Source of the DNA: Balanoglossus misakiensis
Lineage: Eukaryota > Animalia > Hemichordata
Assembly: GCA_040954595.2 (NCBI GenBank)
Contig: CM082596.2
Coordinates: 7,206,368 to 7,270,367, forward strand
DNA: 64,000 bases
Direction: 5' to 3'
Part shown: one piece after another, positions 16,801-51,000 of the stretch
Numbering within the stretch: the first letter of the stretch is position 1
Layout of the letters: the number at the start of each line of letters is the position of its first letter
The notes under the pieces: generated by a model
Seen by the model: the letters and a program-made list of their open reading frames with translations, nothing else
Databases searched by the model: none
Told to the model about the DNA's origin: nothing
Translations under genes and position numbers: made by a program

Positions 16801-18342
16801 GCAGCCTAACGGGCCTAGGAGCCAGGATTCTAGGCACCCTGGAAATCAAACCAGTTTCAACTGACTTGGCAGCGTTAGGGTTAAAATGCCACTTGAGACC
16901 ATGAGCTGTGAATGACCTACAACAAAGTAATCAGACCCTTCCCCATAAATCATTGCTGGATGCTTTTGACGCAGAAACTGCAATGTCCTCCCCAGAGCAT
17001 CAGCCAATACTCCCAGAAGGGGATTGACAATAATAGAAACTCATTATCAAAATAATCAGTTGCATTGTTACGCACATTGCATTTCTGACACTTAACAGTA
17101 CGTCCATGTCAGTTCAATAAGTGGGCGTGGGCTGTTTGGCCTGGGGATCACTTTGGAGTGAAAGTCGAACTGAGGATTGATGATCCACTGTTTATGAAAA
17201 TTATTGTCAAGGGATTCCTTTGTTTGGCATGCCCCCACCCCATTTGTTGTTTTTGTAGTGATACTAGAATACATCACTCTGACAGCGGGAGCGATCTGCT
17301 GGTGTTATGATTTCGGGAAACTCTCTTTACTTACAATATCCCTGAGATATCCCTGTTGTTTTCTTGACAGGAGAAATACACGTGTCCAAGTCTGAAGTCA
17401 CACCCGAAGGAGAATGTGTTCATTGCACAGACCAACGGCGACTACCTGGCGTACTTCTCAACGGTCAGACCGTACCAGATGGTGAAAAAGAAGCGATGTG
17501 CAGGCCACAGTGTGAGTGCAAAAATAAATCAGTTAATTTTTTGCCAGCTTTAGTGTTAGGTGTGTAGAGCTTGTGTGTAGAAAAGAAATTCACTTCTTCC
17601 GAGTCTCAAAACTTGATGTACACATACTACTAATATGTTCTGGTACTGGCCTAGATTATACTGGTATTGGTAGTTCTAGTTGTACTTTATTTTACCTTAC
17701 TGTAGAGACACTGTCAGGAAAGTAAAATCAATTGAACTTGAAGTTTATAAAGCCTGGACTAATCTTCACTATAATGTCTCTGTTATTTCAAATAAACAGA
17801 ACACCTGCAGTCTGTTATCGCATCTCGTGAATATATAACACCAATAGGATTCCTGTCCCCATTGCCCTATCAGGTGTATGTGGCAGGTATAAACATGCAT
17901 ACATGCTTATGCGCAAACAGACCTCTCAGTAGCTGCCATAAGCTGGAACAATTTAGAGATTGGTTGTTTATTAGTATTTATTTCTTTGACCAATTCTCTA
18001 ATTTGTGTTGGAGGTGAGAATTATACCTTCGCACATGTTACAGATCACCTGATGTTTTTCATGCTTGCAAAAAAAATGCAACCCAATGTTCATCGGCAGT
18101 TGTTATCTTTTATTTCTTAGGTCTCGGGTTACCACATAGGATGCGACGTCTCTCCCCACGGCAGCATGATTGTTTCCGGGAGCGCGGACGGCACCGTGCA
18201 CTTCTACGATTACATATCGGCGCGGCGGATCCACGTGATGAACTGTCACCAGGACGCGTGCACCGACGTCGCGATACACCCGGTCTTCTCTGGAATGGTC
18301 GCTACGTGCAGCTGGGGTGGCAGTATTTCGCTTTGGCAGTAA
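13830..18342 (+). CDS. WDR25: WD repeat-containing protein 25, 5 exons, about 589 aa
   Basis: Exons 13830-14934, 15637-15767, 16314-16484, 17371-17511, 18121-18342; total 1770 nt, in frame, GT-AG. N-terminus [15 protein letters not shown], low-complexity linker, then WD40 repeats ([77 protein letters not shown]). Head-to-head with WARS, as in vertebrates. Confidence 0.9.
16552..16884. mobile_element. piggyBac-type non-autonomous element (~330 bp); truncated copy at ~49989-50120
   Basis: TTAA|CCCTAATGCTAC ... GGCAGCGTTAGGG|TTAA. The first ~130 bp recur nearly identically in a BEGAIN-like intron. Confidence 0.7.
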
Positions 18343-18364
18343 CGGTTGAACTTTGACCCCTGAG

Positions 18365-18526
18365 TACAACCTTTTAATAAGTCGAGCACCCTCGTGAATT
18401 TGAACTCAAAGCGTGGTCAACAGGGAAAGGTGACCAATCACGTCAAGGGGATTTCGCACTTGACCTCGCTGTGAGTTCAAATTCATAAAGGCTGCATAAG
18501 GGCGGTCGACTTATCAAAAGGGTGTA
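18365..18526. mobile_element. Palindromic MITE starting 23 bp after the WDR25 stop
   Basis: TACAACCTTTTAATAAGTCGA / TCGACTTATCAAAAGGGTGTA terminal inverted repeat, plus inner TGAATTTGAACTCA / TGAGTTCAAATTCA. Confidence 0.7.
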
Positions 18527-18634
18527 TTTCCTCTATAGAGGTCCAGGTTTACCGTAGAAAACAATGGATTTGGACCACACCATGGTGGTGAAAGGGTTAA
18601 CACAGGACAGATCCTGCTGTAGCCCCAGAGTGTG

Positions 18635-19021
18635 TAGTCTAGAATCTATCCGTTCGTAGTCGCATTCACCCTACTACCGTCTAGGAACGCAGAACCAAAA
18701 TCTAGTAAGGCCATAAAAATGGTAATTTGAATGTGAATAGTCTCCAACTGAGCAATCTGACGTCAAGCGTCACCACGTGATCATGATTATGTATCATTCG
18801 GGGCGGAGCTACATTGTAAACATAATTAACATTCAACGTCATCACCTCACGGCCAATCAGTAGTCGGTCAACGTAAGTGATTGACTTCTCTGACGTCAGA
18901 CTGCTCAGTTGGAGACTATTCACATTCAAATTACCATTTTTATGGCCTTACTAGATTTTGGTTCTGCGTTCCTAGACAGTAGTAGGGTGAATGCGACTAC
19001 GAACGGATAGATTCTAGACTA
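18635..19021. mobile_element. 387-bp foldback MITE with ~130-bp TIRs and 9-bp TSD (Mutator/MULE-like)
   Basis: TAGTCTAGAATCTATCCGTTCGTAGTCGC... matches ...GCGACTACGAACGGATAGATTCTAGACTA with about 2 mismatches over ~130 bp. Perfect flanking direct repeat CAGAGTGTG at 18626-18634 and 19022-19030. Confidence 0.88.
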
Positions 19022-20185
19022 CAGAGTGTGCAACAGGAACAGTAGATGCAGTTTTGTGTGTGTTACTGTTTTTTGTGCGTGCCTCGAGACCAGTGACTCA
19101 GAAATGCCTGAAATTATTATATTCCAAATTTTGGATAAAGGACATTATAACTGACATATGCACATCAATTATTTTGCCATGCGTTTCAGTATGGCTTACT
19201 AAGTGGGCAGCTGTTAGCTCTTATGGTAAACTTTTTCATAGTATCAGGTTGGATTTTAACCGTTTTTTTCATTCAGTGGACAATTTTCTGTAAGAAAAAT
19301 ATATTTCTAGATATTTTTACTCAGACCCAGTATTTGGTATTGTACTTGTCTTAATGTATCGCAGCCAAGCTGTATTCAGTGGTTAGAACTTGTTGTGTTT
19401 TCAAGAGCAACCCATCCCTCCAAATGTCACCAGAAGATGTGTCAAATTCCATGAAAGACGACTAGCAAATGTTGAAGCCCTGTATTGGCCCAGTCCAGAA
19501 TAGCCTATGATTTTAGGTTCTGCAAATACGATGTCCAATCATGCCTGGCCTTGTGTGTTTGATATTTCAAAATGGAGTGTACCATGATAGCCATGGTGGG
19601 TCTCATATTACATTAACCCTTTCACCACCATGGTTTGGTCCAAGTCCTCTGTCCTCTATGATAAAGTTGGACCTCTACACTGGAAAATGGGGATGAAAGG
19701 GTTAAGAATACTATGGGACGCCACTTGATTGTAAGTAGTGTAAATGTATGTCTATTCTTTTACAGATCACCGTCTGTGGTTGACTTCAAAGGGGTGTCAC
19801 TACATAGTTCCCCATGGGTGACTTTGACCTTCCAGTTTAAAAAAAAATACTGGCTAAAGATCGTTTGTAGAATTTTACGAAGAGTATCTTAGCATAGACT
19901 CTCAAAATGTTTAGCAGTTTGATATTTTCATTTTTTTTTTAAATCCAGACTTAAATGGTGAAATAAGTATTAATTTTAAGTCGCTAATTATATATTTTTT
20001 GAAGTGTACAGTATGTATTTAAAGGAACACAGTCAACGTCGTTTGATATCATTTTGGTAATTTTGGATTTACGTGATAATTTATTGTTATTAAACCTGTA
20101 CTCTAGTAGTTGTTCTGCTTTACTTGAAAGTTTACATATTGGGATGCATACATTTACTGATGTTCATAGTTTTGAGAAAAAAAAA

Positions 20186-20748
20186 TTATTAGGAGAGCTA
20201 GCGAGAGTATGGGATACGACACTTTGATGACATCATTTATGATACACTCCAAAAATTATGTCATCATTTATGGTGCACACCCAAAAATGATGTCATTGAT
20301 GACATTTACGGTACTCACCAGAAATTATATCATTGATGGCATCATTTATGGCTCCATGCAAGATGTGTGTGTACAAGAAACCAGTCAACTCTTTGCCTGT
20401 TGCAAGAAATACAAAGTGTCTTTCAAACAGCAACAATGTTTCGAAACTTCAAGTTGAAATGTTTACCCCTAGTAAAAATATTGTATTATTTGACCATTGC
20501 CTGACATGATAAAAATTGCTTGCACCACAATGACATCATCTGGTCAGTGGTTCGATCATGCGGTTATGAAGTCATGACGAATTTCACACTCAAAATAAAC
20601 TATGCTTTTACTTTCTGTATCATAGCATTGTGTTTATTGTATCATCGTATTTTAGTGTTTTATATTGTGCGCCAGGGATTATGCATGCAAAATTTGTTGT
20701 AGATACACTCAGCTCTGTACAGCCACTTTGATGAAAACAATATCTAGT
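20186..20748 (+). mobile_element. Possible Helentron-associated (HINE/DINE-like) element with internal degenerate ~35-bp tandem repeats
   Basis: Starts TTATTAGGAGAGCT, has a short sub-terminal inverted AGCTCT, ends ATATCTAGT, and contains repeated TGATGACATCATTTATG-like units. Family assignment is by pattern only. Confidence 0.3.
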
Positions 20749-21924
20749 TAAAGACTTGTCATTTCGAACCCCACCTTTCCCTGTTATGAGATATGAATGA
20801 TAATAAATAGAATCATATTTTCCAAAAAAATGTTTTTGTGTGTTTTTCTTCACCTTTGGATAGTGTTTTATAAGGCACTGTCTTGCTAAGAGAAAGATAT
20901 TAATAGAAGGGGTAAGCACTTTTCCTTAAAAGAAGTTAATGCAATGTTGGTCTTATGAAATGGAATTTGTCCATGGAATCAAAACTAAGAATTTATAATC
21001 CAATAAGGAGCCCCGTGTCAACACTGAATATGATGCAAAAATTAACCTATGCCTTTAATATTAGATGGTATTACATAACCGATGGGTAATACCAATATTA
21101 CTGCTGTTTATAAGAAGAAGGTTCATTTTGCACAGAAGCGTGGCTTGAAGTGTCCACAGCACGGCCATTGTGTGAAAAATGAACCTGGTGTGCATTTTGA
21201 AGGGAAATGCTGCTGCCTACGCCAAATGAACATAAGAAAGATTTGATAGAAGTGAAACTGTACTATGAGCCTGTAGATATGCCACTACTTGAAGTGTTTA
21301 ATGAAAAATGATGCTGTGCTTTCAAGTCTGGGGTAGATTTGGACAGAATTAGGTTAAACAAAAATTGAGAATAGGTCAACATTTTCATCATACACGAGAA
21401 TTTCCACAATTCCGGAACTATACTTGCATGAAATCAGGTAATTCTGTTATAGGAACTTACAAAATAGTTTATGTCCCCATATCTTTGTACTCTGTGGTAG
21501 TAAAATATTATATGCCGCACTATATACAACTCAACCTCCTCTATCTAAATGCAAAGCCATTTTATCATGCAAATAAGCACAGGACTTTGAAATACTTTCC
21601 ATGCTTATATATTCGCGAACAAAAATAGAAATGTAATTTTCTCACATATCGTAATACCAAAAATTAAAGCTGAAACGTTGGTAAAGGTGGAAAAACTTCA
21701 GCTATGTTTTCAGTGTTTAGCCGGCCTTGAGCCACTTTTAGATTCCTTTTTCACAAGGCAAAAATTTTACCAATGGTTATCATATCAATTTGTTACAGTC
21801 GTCTCTTGTCGTAAAATGAAGATAAGGTGAGTTTTTTTGGTCAAACTAAATTGCTGTTTGAAATTTATGGTGAAATCACAGTTGTATGAACATGATGAAG
21901 GGAGCTTGTGTGGTGACTTTGGGG

Positions 21925-22075
21925 AAGGATGACGTCATGGTGTGCGACACCCAATCAGAGGACTCCATTGATCTCCAGGGAAGGGAGCCAGAGCGAGAGA
22001 GCGATTTGCACACGTCACGCTAATAGCCTCTCTTCTGGCGTATAGAAGAACTGTCGGCCATTTTGTTTTGAATTT
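21925..22075 (+). promoter_or_regulatory. MARK proximal promoter motifs
   Basis: Full CRE TGACGTCA at 21930-21937, CCAAT near 21952, YY1-type CGGCCATTTT near 22055, within a CpG-rich stretch 400-500 bp upstream of the ATG. Confidence 0.55.
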
Positions 22076-22459
22076 CGAGGAATATATTTTAGTATGATTT
22101 TTACCTTGAATTGTGGGCAATCTTCGCGACCACCACCTCTACAAGCTAGGTAGAATCGCGTCACTGGTTCCAGCGGAGGTCCCTGCCCACCAGATCGAGC
22201 TCTGCGCGTCTCCGAGGGCTTCTCTCAGAGGTTAATATTGGAGAACGGGGCCCGTACAGAGACAGACACACAGGATACGTATTTCAAGCGGGTTTCGGCG
22301 ACTGTCAGCTCTGCCGAATTCCGTTCGCTGATTGCTGAAAGGATTATACAGCTGAGAATCGTTATGTGGAAATATTTACAGATATCACCGATAGCTTGTG
22401 ACTGCTCGTAGGGAGTTATAACGGTACTCGTCCTGAAATCCATTCATATCCGATCCAAC

Positions 22460-43130
<20,671 letters not shown>

Positions 43131-46100
43131 ACACCTTTATATATAAGTTATGTATGTACGTACGGCGCCGTGAAAGAAGGGTCATATTTTCCCCCCAGGT
43201 GTTACACTGACAGGGACAGTGGACAATTGGGTTCAGCTTGCAATAACTTACAAACATAATAGGCCTTGGACTTGATATTACATGTCAAGCTTGTAGAATT
43301 TTTAACCCTTCGACGATGATAAAAAAAAAATACTCACTCGGACTCCACGCCATGTCGCAACGTTGTGCCATTATGGGCGTGGCTCGCATCTCACTGCTAT
43401 TTATTTTACGATGTGACATGACCAGACCGTTTACAGAGGATACTATTGCAGTCGATGAAAAACAGTTGCCTGAACTAGTTTGTACAGACCCACAGGTATC
43501 TATCTATCTACACAATGAGATGTTGGACCAAAAAATACTTGCGTATTGTACTCTGTATGATGTATAACTAATTAATTGTTGGTTTATGCAAGACTAGTTA
43601 AAAAAAATTTGGGGGAAGAAAAAAAAGGTATGTTTGTTACTTTGTGCTGATTAATAAAGATTTCTTGGAAAAAATGAACACGGACTGCGTTTGGTTTCGT
43701 TCACTCTTGCTGCGGTATTCGGTCGATTTTTTGTGGCCCAGAGCTGGAAGTGAGTTGTTGGCCGTGATGTGAAGCCAACTTGGATAGCATACAGGTTTCT
43801 GGATGCAAGAACAAAGTTTGAGAAAAAGGGCGTGGGTCTCCATGAATTCATCTGTGCCAATTGATGGGACTGTGTTTCCGTGGTAATCAGGCCTCAATTT
43901 GGTTATATCACGTGAATTTTGTTAAGTGATTCAGACTCCACTGTTTGACAATCAGGTGTCTAAGCACGGCTATGAATGTCACAAGATTGGGGAAGGTTGT
44001 AGGGGGGGGGGTTAAGTCAAGGGAATAATTCGTTTATGTCGTGGCTTGCTGTCATTGTGTGATTCTGCCATCATTCCGAGTCCCACGGGAGCCCTGAGAA
44101 TCACACCAGTCCTGTATTTGCTATCCCAGTCTTGGCTGGTACACCGCGATTGGTGAGCTTGGCAGTAGGTGAACTTTGAACTCTGCCGAGAGCCGGAGAA
44201 ATCGCAGGGTTTCTGCCAAACGCCATCACCATCACTTCCAGCTGGCCTAGAAATACCGGCAAAAGTGACACGAAACCAAAGCAGTTCAGTTCAGGATCGA
44301 TCTTTATCGCTCAGCGCGAAATTACACACTCCCCATTTCTAATCCCCGAGGGCACCCTTAGCCAGATGGTTAAAATCCAAAAACCCAGCTTGCCTGTCTT
44401 ATTGTCACAGTGTTTCTTTGCTGACATCAATATATATAAATATATATATATATAACAAATTTCAAAAGCCTGCAATGAAGATCCAAGAGTGCTCAGGTTG
44501 CCATGAATATTCAGTGAATTTTTTCGTCAGTTTTCTGTACTGACTTGTCCGTAATTTATACTGTAATCAATTATGTGAAATTCTCTTCATCTGAACTTTC
44601 ATGTGAAAAAAAAACTAATGGAATCTAAATAATTAACATAAACTTTTACTAGAAATATGCATACTGTAGTGTCCTTTAATAATTGTGAACCAGAAAGAAA
44701 AAGGGTAAGAAAAAATTTATTAAAACACCTTCACTAATTTAAGTTGTAAGCATAGCAATTTTTATGAAAATTCTGTTGAGTAGCAAATCTCCCCATGAAG
44801 TATGCTCTGTACACCTTAGTCCCCTCCCCCTCCCCCGGACCGTCACTGCGACAGGGTGAGTCCGAGAATGATGACACTTCCTCGTTAGGTACCGTCCGTG
44901 CATTCACAGCCATTGCTAGGACATGCATAAAAGCAATCTCTTTTCTTTTTTCCTGAGTACAAAGTCGAAACCCTGACTTGTATATGCACACCGGTTGGTT
45001 TCGTGATGCAATCCAGTCTGGCTGTTGGTCGGCCATTTTGGTTTTAGTCTGTGTCCCAGAGCCTTCACTCATAAATGCCCTTACCATTTTTTAGAGGGTA
45101 TGAGGACAACCACTTCGATTTACAAGAGAGTATTGTGATTTGGATTTTGTTTATGTCCTGATCTAATGTGGTTGCCAGTCAGCCATTTTGAGTGTGCTTT
45201 TGTAAGCCCATGTCCGTACTTGGAGAAAATCATAGTATGGACCTGGTTCCCCTTCAAAGTTGGTTTAAAGACAATACACTCCGGATTTGCATATGCATGT
45301 CAGTTTGATTTGCAAAACAATCCATACGGCCACTTATTGATTAATTTTTGTTATTTTTTCGTGCTTAAAATTAACTGATTTCTTCCAGTGTTGTCACATG
45401 GACAGTGCAGCATTGGCACTGTGACGTTCGCATTCAAGCAATCAGTTTGCACAGCGATTCAAAATGGCCGACTGTTTATAGCCTCTTTGTTGTTGCAGAA
45501 CCATAACTCGGACGCACCTGAACTGATATTTCTGTCAGTTGTAGTGCAACCTCTGCACTGTGTCACATGAATTCATATTTGTATAGGCCAATCCCCTGTG
45601 TGCCATGTTGATTTCATTTTCCTAGATGGCCAGCGGGGACTGTGTCATTCACAATGACTCATTCGTTTTGGCAAGTGCTGTTTTCTGGGGCAGTCCGAGC
45701 ACTCAGAAAACTGGCCCCAGAGACTGTTCGTAGCAGCTCAAGAAACTTGGCAACGGGAAACCTAGTCGTAGTTTAAATAGGAAAATATTGCCATTTGCAT
45801 TTTTACAATTGTAAGTACATGAACAGAGAGGGTCTTTATTGTGTGCTCATCACATTGTTTTTCATGTACATGACATTACTGTGGTCTTTGAGAAAAACAT
45901 GGGTATATATCTGCATTTTCTCACTCATTTTGTACATAAGTATCTTGAAATGTTTATTTGCTTATTTTTCCCATTTTCTTTTTTTTTTTAACAGCTACCG
46001 TAATTGCCTTGTTTGCACTTTATCTCAGACGCCTTTGCCCGAACTTTATTTCCTTTTTTTTTTTCATGTGTCATTTTGAATCATTTAGTACTTGTTGATA

Positions 46101-46257
46101 TTTGCCAGGTGTCATCCCACCTTTCCCAGTTGCAGTTTACTTTTTCAGGGAAAATTCGAATGTGACACACAGAAAGTGAATTGAGTCAACATTTTTTTTT
46201 TTAGTTTTCGTCTTCTATTTTAAGTTTCCTTGGTGCAAAAGATAAAAAGAGAACACC

Positions 46258-46310
46258 ATTAAAAATTTGCTGAAAATAGAACGTGTTGGTGTGTTGTTGA
46301 TGTTCGTGTG
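46258..46310 (+). terminator. Probable distal MARK polyadenylation site (3' UTR about 3.1 kb)
   Basis: ATTAAA at 46258 followed by GU-rich GTGTTGGTGTGTTGTTG. A proximal AATAAA lies near 43653. Confidence 0.45.
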
Positions 46311-46879
46311 GAGTTTTGAAGGATGTGACGCGTGTGTGTTTGTCTGATTTGCTCATGAAAGAAGTGAACAGTTTATTGAAAGTGGGATTTCACAGATAAC
46401 ATTGTGTCATGCACATACATGTACAAACACACATGCACTCTACCCAAACAAGGCATATTACTGCATAGCCCAGGTGTGGAAGGAGAAGATCAGCCATTGG
46501 GCTAGCTCCAGTCTGATTGAAATCTGATGTACATTTGGCTCGATCTTTTTCCTTTGCCGATCCTGCTGGTTTCTGATATATACGAGGTGAGTGCAGTCCC
46601 TCAAGAAAGTGCCAAGTCGATGTACATTTCATGAGTAATGCATTTTCAACAACTAACATAAGGGGTTTGACTGACTTGGTGTTTGTCATGTCAGCTGATC
46701 GTCTTGTTTGCCTCATCATGTAAACACAAAATGATTCATTGCCGGTATCCTAACAAAAATCTGCTTTGTTGGGGGAGGCTTCGTTTTAAAAATGGGGATC
46801 GGCCCTACCCGAGAAATAGGTCGTAGCTGGATAGAATTCGCCACTGTGAAAATTATTGTAAAATCCCCAAACTGACTGA

Positions 46880-47022
46880 TTTTGAGCGGTGCACATCACT
46901 GCGAGCTTAGGGGGTCCATGAATCAGTGTCAATAAAAATGGCGGAAGCCTTCTGGTGAAGTTCGTTCGAGGTCCGCAGAGACTGAAGTTTCATGACCAGC
47001 CGTCGCGGAGTCTGAAAAGTGG
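46880..47022 (+). promoter_or_regulatory. Probable promoter and non-coding first exon of the BEGAIN/TJAP1-like gene
   Basis: CpG-rich; YY1-type AAAATGGCGG at ~46935; strong donor GG|GTAAGG at 47022/47023; matching acceptor tttccag near 47893. Confidence 0.45.
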
Positions 47023-48036
47023 GTAAGGCATACACCACGAATGATACACAGTGAATAGTTATTTTGTCGAATGGAAGTGTTCCTTCGGGTTTTTCAGGCC
47101 GAAATTTGCGGTGTGCGTGGGGAGTGGCTAAATGGGAATGAACGAACGGGAGATTATCAATGCGCCCGTCAGGTCAATGCAACTCGAACCGCCGAGCCAA
47201 ATACTCCACATTCATTACACCCCCGGGCACTGTCCGTAGGAACATAGCCAAGTCTTTTAGCGCTGTAAACTCCCTGCCCCTTTAATTTCTGTGTCGCCGA
47301 CCGTCGACGTAATGTCGAGTGAATATGCGTTTCGCCATCCAGGCACGTCATTTCGGCTTACATAATAATGCCATTGAATTGAATGAAATGAACATGCGTT
47401 TACCGAAGTTAATTACTTAATGGCCCCTCGGGTAATGGCCCCTTCCAGTTTAAGTTGGCGAGTCCGGACTGACGTTGTACCGTAGAGAGTAGAGACACGT
47501 GAAGTTGTGTCAGTTGTCATCCTCAGATATAAGCCCCAAAAGGATACATTGTAATTAGTTGAGATATAGTGTAATTGTCACCCAATCATCAGTGAGTTGG
47601 TTGGTTGGTTGGTTGGTTACAAAGGTTGCTAGTGTTCGGCCTTTAAACGTTATAAAAAATGTCGATAAATGGTGATGACCTTTGACACAGATTACGATAG
47701 CCAACTGATAAAATAATTGATATATTGTCAGATTTGTAATAGATTAAAATCATGGTGTAAAGGCTCCTTAACTTCATACAAGATGGCATGGTCATATTCA
47801 TGACACTTGTTATTGTAAAATATATGGAGAACATCATTCATTCATTGGCTAGCTCGGGGGTGCATAATGTGGTGTTGTTTTTTTAATTTCCAGCTATTGG
47901 CATAGTGGTGTGTATCAGTTTCTTGTGATTGAAAGGGAGCTTAATCAGAGTTTTCCTGAAACAAGGCAATAATATCTTTGATAATTTACCAGTCCAGTTT
48001 TATACCATACCCCGCATTACGGTCACAAGTTCAACA

Positions 48037-51000
48037 ATGGAAGGTCATACGAGTCTCGCAAGCTACGAAAAATGTGTGGTAAGTTCATATATTTCTTATA
48101 GTCATATATATTCTCTATTGGTGGGTCAGTTAACCCTTTCACCCCCAGTTCCCTCTTTAGAGGTCCAACTTCATCATAGAATACAATGGGTTTGGACTGA
48201 ACCATGGTGGTGAAAGGGTTAAATGTCTTGCAGAGGAAATTACCCTGTGGAAGATGTTCTGATCTCATAGCCGGGGAGTGCGGTTTTGCTTTGATTACTT
48301 ACAATAACAGATATACAGTAAAACTCCAATTATCCGAACTCCAATTATCCAAATTGTTTGGTTATCCGAACTGCTGTCATGTCTCCCAAACAGTTCTATT
48401 GTATAGGATTGTTATCCGAATAACCGAACTGTCTGCATATCCGAACAAAATCAATGCCCCCCTGTCAGTTCCGATAATTGGAGTTTTACTGTAGTCGAAT
48501 ATGGGCAGTTGAGTTAAGTGACACTTATGGTATATATCCTGTCGTCACATGTAGTGTATACATAGATCACATAATCGCAGCCTTGGACAGCTATGATGAC
48601 ACAGAGTATTCTACTGAACTTTCCACTCACTGCGCTTGTGAAAGTACAGCTGCAGACTATACTGCGTCTCTCATGAAAATAAGTGCTCTATGGCGCAAAT
48701 CGCACGCAGAATTCATGGAGTTCTGTCATATTATGGCATTTCAGCAACAGCACAGTTTGTTTTGCTTGGTACAATCAATAGTGCATCAGCTCAAAATTTA
48801 GATTTTAATGCCAAGAGTTTTGCCCCACACCCGTGAAAAGCTGAAAGAAAATCTTAGGTCTGGCCTCTGATGGTGTTAAAACTGCCCGGCAACAGTGGCC
48901 ACACCCATAGCAACGGAGTGTTTCAGGGAAATGGACAAGATGGTCATTTATTTGAGAGATTGAAACGGTCGCTTAGCGATGACCTCTGAAGTGTTGAGAA
49001 ACCGACAGACCCTCGCTTAGAACAACAGCAGATGGTCAGTGTGTACGTTTCATTCGAGAGAGACGTGATTTCCTGTCTATTAAGCGTACATCATTAAAAA
49101 TGGATGTTGGTTTCCTTTATTTTGAGTAGCTGTGTGGGTGCAGCAAGGATCAGTACGAAGAGCTGAAGAAGAGGGTGGCCGACAGCAAGAACAGAATTAC
49201 CATGATGGAGACGGACTACCTACAGAGCACATTGCGGGCGGAGAATGATTTGGCAAACTGCAAAGAGGAACTCCGGCTGATGAGGGAAAAATACGCAAGG
49301 TGATTTTCTCGAGATCGATTACATTGTTTTCGATAAAGCCCCACAAGGTGCCACTTTGACATATTGTTTTGATGATAAAATTCCTCAATCTCATCCTTGG
49401 CCAATGGATGACACGATTTGGACATTGTGAAGATTTTTATTGTGCACATGCTCACACATGCCGCAATAATTGTATACTCGTGCAAAAGGGATACTGAATG
49501 AATGAGTGTGACACCTGTGTCGTTTGTGGTCTCAGAATCAAACACACTCTGAAGGCTTCCCCCTGTTGATGTCATCCTAAATGGAACGTTTATGGTGACC
49601 GTGTCCTTGATACTAAGTCTTTATTTTTTCCATGCAGGTTAGATGAAAGCCACAACACCTTACAGAGGACAAACCAAGAATTGGAAGATAAAGTACTTCA
49701 AGTGGTAAGTAGATTCCCCAAGGACACTTTCACAATTTACACCTGGTCACTGCCTGTACATTGCCACTCTTGTAGCCCCTTCTAGCTGAAGCTCGACTTC
49801 ATCAAAAGTGATTTGTCTTCCTAAAACAAGAATGTACTTCTGTGTATTACACGTAGGCATCCAAATTTGAAAAAGAGAAACAGTTTCTCGGCAAAGAGAT
49901 GATGACGCTGACATCAAGACTGGTGGATTTGAGATGCAAACTGAATATCAAAGAAGAGGATAATGTAAGTTAAAATTCATGTATGGGTTCACCCTAGTGC
50001 TACTGGGTGTCATACCTGTGTGGAGTGGCAAGTCCCTGAAAATACGTATTTGCCACTTTTTCTTCTTAAACGTATTTTGACTGTCTTGGCATGGCTCTTA
50101 TACGTAATGCTTCCAACTACACTGTCTAACCACTGTCGCATACAAAACAGAGATGTGCATTTTCTAAATGTGAATTTTTCTGAACCTACTGAACTCAAAA
50201 CGTTCACATAGTGTAATATCTCTCTGTGACTAGTCTCACAGTGATTGTGTGTTTTTAACTCATCAGCTGATCAGCCACGTTTTCAGGAACACCTGTAGCC
50301 TTACACTACAGTGATGATACAATTGAGATCGTACAATAGATGTGCGTGGCAATTGTCTCGGGTATTTGTCTCTTGCTTTTCAACCACAAACAAAGCTTTA
50401 GACCGTTTATGTTAATCATCCCTTCAACATTGGCTGTTTTTTTCTGTGAGAGGCATTGATAGAATTCAAATTAATGTTGTTGTTTTCCGGAGACTAGCTT
50501 GTGTAGCGCACAGATCAAAGGCTTCTGTGAGTTTCCCAGTGGCCTAGTAAACCTGTGCGTTTTTTGTGCAGAAGCACTGACCTCGCCCATTGTTCTGGTA
50601 GTATTTGGTGTGACAAAATCTTTCTAGGAAAAACAGGGTGATAACCTTCAGAGGAACAAGACATTGATACCTTTGAATAATTTTCTTCAAGTATTACCTT
50701 TCCTCACCATCCCTAAAATCTCAAGTGGTCTAAAATGCTATTGTACTACAAGGTAAACTATGTAAATTTTTAGCTCCGATTTATGTTCATGTACCTGTAT
50801 GTATACCTGTGGGAGATTGTGGTGTCAGTCAGTGTCTGTTGTCTGTCCCCGTCTTTCTGCCAAAAGTTTCAGACATATTCTCATGTTATACCCATGTACA
50901 GGATGTGGGTTTGAGGTGCATCAACTGGTCAATTATTAGTCAGTATTCTTGTTTTTTTTTTTTTTGACAGATACGATTGAAGAAAGACTGCGAATTGGCC

